Below are positions 16,968-21,587 of a DNA stretch of 21,587 nucleotides, one piece after another. Position numbers and translations under genes: made by a program. The notes beneath the pieces were generated by a model, which worked only from the letters and a program-made list of their open reading frames with translations, searched no databases and had not been told where the DNA came from. The DNA comes from an uncultured virus (IMG/VR IMGVR_UViG_3300046616_000175) (taxonomy: Duplodnaviria > Heunggongvirae > Uroviricota > Caudoviricetes): IMG/VR virus record IMGVR_UViG_3300046616_000175; one strand, written 5' to 3'. Numbering within the stretch: the stretch's first letter is position 1; every line of letters begins with the position of its first letter.

Positions 16968-17873
16968 TTGAGTACCGTTTGGATTGAGGGCGCTGAGCGC
17001 CTAGGAAAGGGCTCTATCGGCGGAGCCATGGACTACCCCGGGAAGCCTCCCCGGGTAGTCTGGCACACGACCGAATCGGGCGCCGGTAACGGGGCGTTTG
17101 ATGCCGTCGCGCGGGTGCTCATGACCAATGGCGACGAGCCGCACATTCTGTACGACCCGACGACTGACCGCATTGGGCAGTTCGGCCCGCTCAATGAGTC
17201 GGCCCGCGCACTCAAGAACGATGGCGCCACCCGAACCAACCGGGTCGGCAAGGTGTGCATTCAGATTGAGGTGCTCGCGCGCGCTGGGACGCCCTTTACG
17301 GGCTATTGGAAGCCCGGTAAGAACTTCCGTGCGCTCATGGCTGCAATCCGCTCTTGGGGCGTGCCTGACGTGTTCCCCATGGGTGCTCTAGCGAGCCACT
17401 ACGCGGACCCGGCGGCCAAGCGTGACCGTGATGTGTGGCTTACCAAGGGTGGCCACTACGGGCACAGCAACATCCCCGGTAATGACCACTGGGACCCCGG
17501 GGCGATCAACAAGGCTGCGCTGTTCGCTGCGGCGCCGGTAAAGACCACGTTGCCCGCTCACCTCCCGTCGCGTCCCCCGGTTAAGCCGTCCGTTTCGCTG
17601 CGTAAGGTCATTGCGGCCGCTCGACGTGACCCCGGGCTTCCTGACGGGGGAGTGACGTTCAAGGCTGACGCCCTCGTTGTCGAGCGCGCCCTACACGCTG
17701 AGGGGCTACTCGACGCCAAGTACGTTGACGGCTCGTTCGGCCTACGTACGCGCGCCGCTTACCGGCTGTGGCAGATGCGAATTGGCTTCCGTGGCAAGGC
17801 TGCGGACGGCATTCCTGGGGCTAAGTCCCTGGGCATGCTTGGTAAGAAGCGCGGATTCTCGGTCGGTGGGTAA
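16968..17873 (+). CDS. Endolysin: N-acetylmuramoyl-L-alanine amidase plus C-terminal peptidoglycan-binding domain
   Basis: VVWHTTES, PH, IQIEV, GHS..PGNDHWDPG zinc-amidase motifs; Pro-rich linker; VDGSFG.RT..AY..WQ and ADGIPG peptidoglycan-binding motifs. Confidence 0.92.
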   Translation: MSTVWIEGAERLGKGSIGGAMDYPGKPPRVVWHTTESGAGNGAFDAVARVLMTNGDEPHILYDPTTDRIGQFGPLNESARALKNDGATRTNRVGKVCIQIEVLARAGTPFTGYWKPGKNFRALMAAIRSWGVPDVFPMGALASHYADPAAKRDRDVWLTKGGHYGHSNIPGNDHWDPGAINKAALFAAAPVKTTLPAHLPSRPPVKPSVSLRKVIAAARRDPGLPDGGVTFKADALVVERALHAEGLLDAKYVDGSFGLRTRAAYRLWQMRIGFRGKAADGIPGAKSLGMLGKKRGFSVGG

Positions 17874-17876
17874 GCC

Positions 17877-18101
17877 GTGGACCGTGACCCGCTAGGAGTG
17901 ACCATTAGCGCCCGGGAAATCTATGACGAGATTGTTGGGCTGCGGGAGGACGTACGCAGCCTCACACAGTCCAATGAGGGCGTTGGGGAACAGCTCAAGG
18001 ACCATGAGGACCGACTCAGGAAGGTTGAGGCTTGGCGGTACGCGCTGCCAGTCTCGGCAGTCACCGGCATTGTCTCGGCCGTCGTGACCTTTGTTCGCTG
18101 A
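17877..18101 (+). CDS. Lysis-cassette membrane protein (coiled coil plus C-terminal TM segment)
   Basis: DHEDRLRKVE coiled coil followed by one hydrophobic C-terminal helix; directly after the endolysin. Confidence 0.7.
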   Translation: MDRDPLGVTISAREIYDEIVGLREDVRSLTQSNEGVGEQLKDHEDRLRKVEAWRYALPVSAVTGIVSAVVTFVR

Positions 18102-18193
18102 GTGTAACTGAGACTTGTACCCGGATGTCCGTTTCTGCCCCCGTATGCCCTATGCCGGCGCCGGGGGCCAATTTTCACACAGAGTGAGGATGT

Positions 18194-18403
18194 ATGGAGT
18201 TCATCAAGAAGCACCCCGCACGGCTGTACGCGCTCGTTGTGGCGCTCCTACCGCTAGTGGCGCACTTCCTGCCCGACGTGCCGACTGAGGCCGTTCTAGC
18301 CGTTGTTGCGGCCGTCCTCGGTACCGGTGAGGCCGTACAGCGGGTTGAGAACGTCAAGACCGAGGACGCGTATTGGACCGACGCTTTCGGCGACGGCAAG
18401 TAA
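18194..18403 (+). CDS. Putative holin
   Basis: 69 aa, two hydrophobic helices, charged C-terminus, GAGGA RBS, in the lysis cassette. Confidence 0.7.
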   Translation: MEFIKKHPARLYALVVALLPLVAHFLPDVPTEAVLAVVAAVLGTGEAVQRVENVKTEDAYWTDAFGDGK

Positions 18404-18456
18404 GGCGTAGAGACGCCCTCTCACACCGTAGGGGAAACCTACAGTTGGGAGGGCGT

Positions 18457-18996
18457 ATGCATATTGCGCTCATGGGCCGGGCTCGTTCCGGCAAGGACAC
18501 GCTTGCCTCGTACCTCGTCGAGAAGCACGGCTATACGCGTGTCGCTTTCGCCGACCCGCTTAAGGAAATGGCGCTCAGCGTTGATCCGCTGATATCCACG
18601 TTCCCCGATATGGCGCCCGTACGGCTTTCCCGCCTCGTCGCCGATGTCGGGTGGGAATACGCCAAGGATCATTACCCGGAAGTGCGCCGGATTCTGCAAA
18701 ACCTCGGTCAGACGGTAAGGGGAGAAATTCCCGGTTACTGGGTTGGGCGGGCAATGCGCCGGATCCTCGCCACTGACGGCCCGGTTGTTGTGTCTGACTG
18801 TCGGTACCCCGACGAGGCCGCAGCGCTGATGTCCGCCGGTTTCACTTCCGTCCGCCTCGTCCGGCCCGGTGTCGAGACCATGGCTCACGAGAGTGAGCGT
18901 GCTCTCTCGTCTTGGTTCTCAGACCATGTGATCTACAACGGCGGCATGATCGCTGACATGTACCCCAAGGTTGACTCCATCATTGGCGCCACGTAG
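18457..18996 (+). CDS. Deoxynucleoside monophosphate kinase (T4 gp1/phiC31 gp52-like)
   Basis: IALMGRARSGKDT P-loop, AFADPLKEM, RRILQNLG, VVSDCRYPDEA, HESE; ATG 18457 after GGGAGG; same end-of-late-operon position as in phiC31. Confidence 0.9.
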   Translation: MHIALMGRARSGKDTLASYLVEKHGYTRVAFADPLKEMALSVDPLISTFPDMAPVRLSRLVADVGWEYAKDHYPEVRRILQNLGQTVRGEIPGYWVGRAMRRILATDGPVVVSDCRYPDEAAALMSAGFTSVRLVRPGVETMAHESERALSSWFSDHVIYNGGMIADMYPKVDSIIGAT

Positions 18997-19002
18997 CACC
19001 AC

Positions 19003-19044
19003 AGCCCCTCGTTCCCTCACGGGAGCGGGGGGCTTTCGTCGTTT
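19003..19044 (+). terminator. Intrinsic terminator ending the late operon
   Basis: 14-bp stem AGCCCCTCGTTCCC/GGGAGCGGGGGGCT (two G-U), TCAC loop, followed by TTCGTCGTTT. Confidence 0.8.
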
Positions 19045-19068
19045 CGTCACCCGTTCGAGTGACCGCAG

Positions 19069-19084
19069 CTCCCAAATTTGGGAG
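19069..19084. promoter_or_regulatory. Palindromic operator copy 6 (GCAG-core-TAGG), upstream of the repressor gene
   Basis: Exact core; TTGCAC begins 4 nt downstream. Confidence 0.85.
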
Positions 19085-19088
19085 TAGG

Positions 19089-19118
19089 TTGCACCGACCA
19101 TGATCACTGTGCTTAACT
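19089..19118 (+). promoter_or_regulatory. Possible upstream repressor promoter
   Basis: TTGCAC (19089-19094), 18-nt spacer, TTAACT (19113-19118); the -10 is non-consensus. Confidence 0.35.
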
Positions 19119-19158
19119 ACTCCCGCAACGACAACAACGAGGGCAAGGGGCGGCACCG

Positions 19159-20775
19159 ATGGGGCGCAACGAACTGAACGAGTGGCTGAACGTCAGTCCG
19201 TCGCGCTCCTTTATCCGCATCGGCAAGGGCAAGTCGGCGCACCTGGACCGGGGCAACGACGAGAGCCTGTGTGGACGGCTCATGATCACCGGCGGTCGCA
19301 TCGACACCATAGACGCAGCCAACATGGACAACATCTGTTCGCGCTGCTGGAAGATCATGGAACGAGAGGCCAACGAGGCCGCCGCGCAGCTCCCAAATTT
19401 GGGAGATGAGTTGCACGAGGACGAGGCGACCACTAAGGTTGCCAACAACAGCCCGGCAGACAGCGGGGCAGGGGAGGAAGGCAAGGCAATGACGACGTTC
19501 GCGGAGCGCATGGATGCGGCGGAGTACGTGCAGGTTGGCGCTGGCAAGACGCCTCACGTCAAGGGGGACGACGGCAAGAACACCGCTTGCGGCAAGACCC
19601 CCAAGGGTGCCCTGTCCGACCCTGACCTGACCAAGGTGTGCAAGGCTTGCCTTGCCGTAATCACTGCTGCCTACCCGACCGACGAGGAGACCAACACCGT
19701 GGCTACCGACACCGAGACCGCTGAGCTGACGGACGATGAGAAGCGTCAGAAGGTCGGTGAGCTGACGCTCGCTATCAAGGCGCTCGCTGAGGCGGGGGAG
19801 GATCAGGAAGGGGCTCAGGCGCTCAAGGACGAGGCTGAGAGCCTGATTGGAACCCTTCCGGTCGGCGACCGCAACGACCTGCGCAAGGTGCTTGACGTTG
19901 CGTTCAAGGGTGGCAGCGACGTCCCGACTGAGGCCAAGGCCAAGCCTGCCGCCAAGAAGACGGTTGCCAAGAAGGTTGCCGCTCCCAAGCCCGACCTTGA
20001 AACCAAGGATTACAAGACGGCCGAGGGCGTGTCGGAACTCGTCACCATGGGTGCCGAGAAGATCCGTGAGGGTGTGACCGCTCACCAGAAAGCGAGCACC
20101 ACCGCGCACGAGGTGGCGGCCGTCATCCTTGACATGCGTCTCCGCATCAAGAACAAGAGCGGTGTTCCGGACCTCAAGGCGCAGTCTCAGGCGGCACGCG
20201 ACGCTGCGGGGGACATGTACAAGGCTGCGGGTAGCAAGCTCGACGGCACCGACGAGGAGGTACGCGACGCCGTGGCGAGCATGGTCAAGGCCACTCAGTA
20301 CCGCATGTCGGATCTCCTCGTGAACTGGGTTCGTGCCCTGGACAACTCGCCTGAGGAGTACGCCAAGCTTTTCGGTGCGGTCAAGGAAGCGCACCCGGAC
20401 ATGACCCCCGCTGAGGCGGTGTTCAAGTTCTACAACCTCAGCAACAAGTCCGCCCTTGAGCGCGAGAAGGAGAGGCAGGCTGCCAAGAGGCTTGACCCCG
20501 AGACCAAGCTTGCCATTACGGCGGGTGGCGGAGAGGTGCCCGAGGAGCCTGAGGGCAAGGGCGGGGAGGCCGTCAAGACCCCGGGCGAGAAGGTGGCTGA
20601 GGCCGCACCGGAGAAGAAAGCTGAGACGTTCGTTGAGGCGCTCACCAAGCTCGTCAGCAAGTTCGACAAGTCGTACCTTGAGACCATTGAGGACGAGGAC
20701 GAGAAGAGCAAGCTTGAGGGTCAGATCAAGGAAGCTGAGGACAAGCTCAAGGAACTCCGCAAGGCTCTGATCTAA
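19159..20775 (+). CDS. c: Immunity repressor, phiC31 c-like, with nested in-frame starts (19159, 19489, 19699)
   Basis: Sits between the late terminator and early genes. Segments EGVSELVTMGAEKIREGV, LDMRLRIKNKSGVPDLKA and KATQYRMSDLLVNWVRALD resemble the phiC31 repressor core as recalled (needs BLAST). Two H-C-CxxC modules; operator copies upstream and internal. Confidence 0.8.
   Translation: MGRNELNEWLNVSPSRSFIRIGKGKSAHLDRGNDESLCGRLMITGGRIDTIDAANMDNICSRCWKIMEREANEAAAQLPNLGDELHEDEATTKVANNSPADSGAGEEGKAMTTFAERMDAAEYVQVGAGKTPHVKGDDGKNTACGKTPKGALSDPDLTKVCKACLAVITAAYPTDEETNTVATDTETAELTDDEKRQKVGELTLAIKALAEAGEDQEGAQALKDEAESLIGTLPVGDRNDLRKVLDVAFKGGSDVPTEAKAKPAAKKTVAKKVAAPKPDLETKDYKTAEGVSELVTMGAEKIREGVTAHQKASTTAHEVAAVILDMRLRIKNKSGVPDLKAQSQAARDAAGDMYKAAGSKLDGTDEEVRDAVASMVKATQYRMSDLLVNWVRALDNSPEEYAKLFGAVKEAHPDMTPAEAVFKFYNLSNKSALEREKERQAAKRLDPETKLAITAGGGEVPEEPEGKGGEAVKTPGEKVAEAAPEKKAETFVEALTKLVSKFDKSYLETIEDEDEKSKLEGQIKEAEDKLKELRKALI
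19390..19405. promoter_or_regulatory. Palindromic operator copy 7 (GCAG-core-ATGA), inside the repressor ORF
   Basis: Exact core encoding LPNLG; TTGCAC begins 5 nt downstream. Confidence 0.85.
19411..19439 (+). promoter_or_regulatory. Internal sigma70/HrdB-type promoter for the shorter repressor isoforms
   Basis: TTGCAC (19411-19416), 17-nt spacer, TAAGGT (19434-19439; TANNNT), about 50 nt upstream of ATG 19489. Confidence 0.7.
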
Positions 20776-20785
20776 CCGACCGTCA

Positions 20786-20825
20786 GAGGGGCCCTGGGTA
20801 TCGCGCCCGGGGCCCCTCCCATTTC
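20786..20825 (+). terminator. Hairpin/terminator after the repressor gene
   Basis: 14-bp stem GAGGGGCCCTGGGT/GCCCGGGGCCCCTC, ATCGC loop, weak CCATTT tail. Confidence 0.65.
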
Positions 20826-20846
20826 AAGGCAAGGGGAGGGCAAGTA

Positions 20847-21467
20847 ATGCCGAAAGTGAAGGCGCACAGGAACGCGCGGATTCAGTACGTCGGCACGGCG
20901 TACACGCGAGGCAAGGGCACTGACACGGTGTCGTTGCACGGCATCATCACGGACGAGGGCCCGGACTGGGACCGTCCGCTGACTTTCAAGATGTCGCCGG
21001 ACGCTGCCCGCGCGTTGGCTGCGCAGCTCATCGAGAAAGCCGACAAGGTAGACGCCGAACGCGAGCCGAAAGCGCCGGTGGAATTCACCGAGGAACGGCC
21101 CGGGGTCTGGAAGACAGCTACGCCCGAGGACGGCGAGCGACTTGACGCGTCCATTGATGAGGCGCTGGCAAGCCTAGGGACATCGCTCGCGGAGTTGAGG
21201 GAGTCGGAGGCGTTCACCCTGTGTCGCACCTGTGGCAGCCTCGCGCATGAGCGGGAAGCGTGCACCGCCGAGGGTCTGGCACCCGGCGAGTATTGGCGGG
21301 CGTGGAAGCGGCACGTAGACCACCTGCCGGGCGACTCAGACCGGTGCGCCGACGCCGGACACTGTGGACATGCCCCGTGCTGCAACTGTTCGGGGATCAT
21401 GCCCGACCCAGACACGTACGCACGGCTGACGGCGGAGATCCTGGCAAAGGGTAGGGGGGTCCTCTAA
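20847..21467 (+). CDS. Early-region hypothetical protein with CCHC zinc knuckle and a second Cys/His cluster
   Basis: GGGGAGGGG RBS; SPDAARALAAQL helix; CRTCGSLAHEREAC (CX2CX4HX4C); RC...HCGHAPCCNC. Confidence 0.7.
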   Translation: MPKVKAHRNARIQYVGTAYTRGKGTDTVSLHGIITDEGPDWDRPLTFKMSPDAARALAAQLIEKADKVDAEREPKAPVEFTEERPGVWKTATPEDGERLDASIDEALASLGTSLAELRESEAFTLCRTCGSLAHEREACTAEGLAPGEYWRAWKRHVDHLPGDSDRCADAGHCGHAPCCNCSGIMPDPDTYARLTAEILAKGRGVL

Positions 21468-21587
21468 TGACGTACTGCATGAACTGTCTGCACGACCACG
21501 CCGTTGAGGCGACCGAGGAGCACCAAGCGCCGTGCCAGATGTGCGGCAGCGATGGGCACGCGCGCTGCCAGCACGTGAGCTTTACCG
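21467..21587 (+). CDS. Small Cys/His-rich protein, 3'-truncated
   Basis: TAATG overlap with the upstream stop, AGGGGGG RBS; MTYCMNCLHDHAVEATEEHQAPCQMCGSDGHARCQHVSFT... Confidence 0.65.
   Translation, partial: MTYCMNCLHDHAVEATEEHQAPCQMCGSDGHARCQHVSFT

Noticed and set aside
18102..18193. Intergenic gap in the lysis cassette as a terminator, promoter or small RNA
   Set aside because: Only a short GCCCCCG/CGGGGGC stem around a large loop with AATTTT after it; TTGTAC has no correctly spaced -10. Too weak to call.
1499..19405. Palindrome copies as a CRISPR array, MITE/REP element or recombination sites
   Set aside because: They are kilobases apart at gene junctions, with no spacers, target-site duplications, cas, transposase or recombinase gene in the window; one copy lies in frame within a gene next to a promoter.
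19117..20394. 425-aa minus-strand ORF opposite the repressor
   Set aside because: Shadow ORF produced by the codon bias of the plus-strand gene; no recognisable motifs.
1..21587. tRNA, integrase, attP or anti-defence genes
   Set aside because: No cloverleaf, recombinase motif or recognisable defence-related gene seen by eye; they may lie outside this window.

Overview
A contiguous, all-plus-strand segment of a temperate, HK97-fold siphophage or prophage of a high-GC actinomycete, most likely Streptomyces, with a phiC31/phiBT1-like layout. Order: 3' end of a terminase-associated HNH gene, probable cos region, head-fibre-like gene, terS, terL, portal, prohead protease, major capsid, neck and tail genes, tail assembly chaperone with a -1 frameshift, tape measure, large CBM/LamG-decorated tail hub, C1q-like tail protein, amidase endolysin, holin-like genes, dNMP kinase, terminator, a phiC31-c-like repressor gene, then the first early genes. 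The main unannotated structure is an invariant 16-bp palindrome CTCCCAAATTTGGGAG (extended consensus GCAn-core-nTGC) present seven times: five copies just after stop codons in the late operon, one in front of the repressor gene and one inside it. The repressor ORF has three nested in-frame starts, each removing one His/Cys3 zinc module, plus an internal promoter beside the operator. Several palindrome copies extend into G-U-containing RNA hairpins, one of which hides the terL ribosome-binding site. Family assignments come from recalled motifs and gene order, not from database searches.
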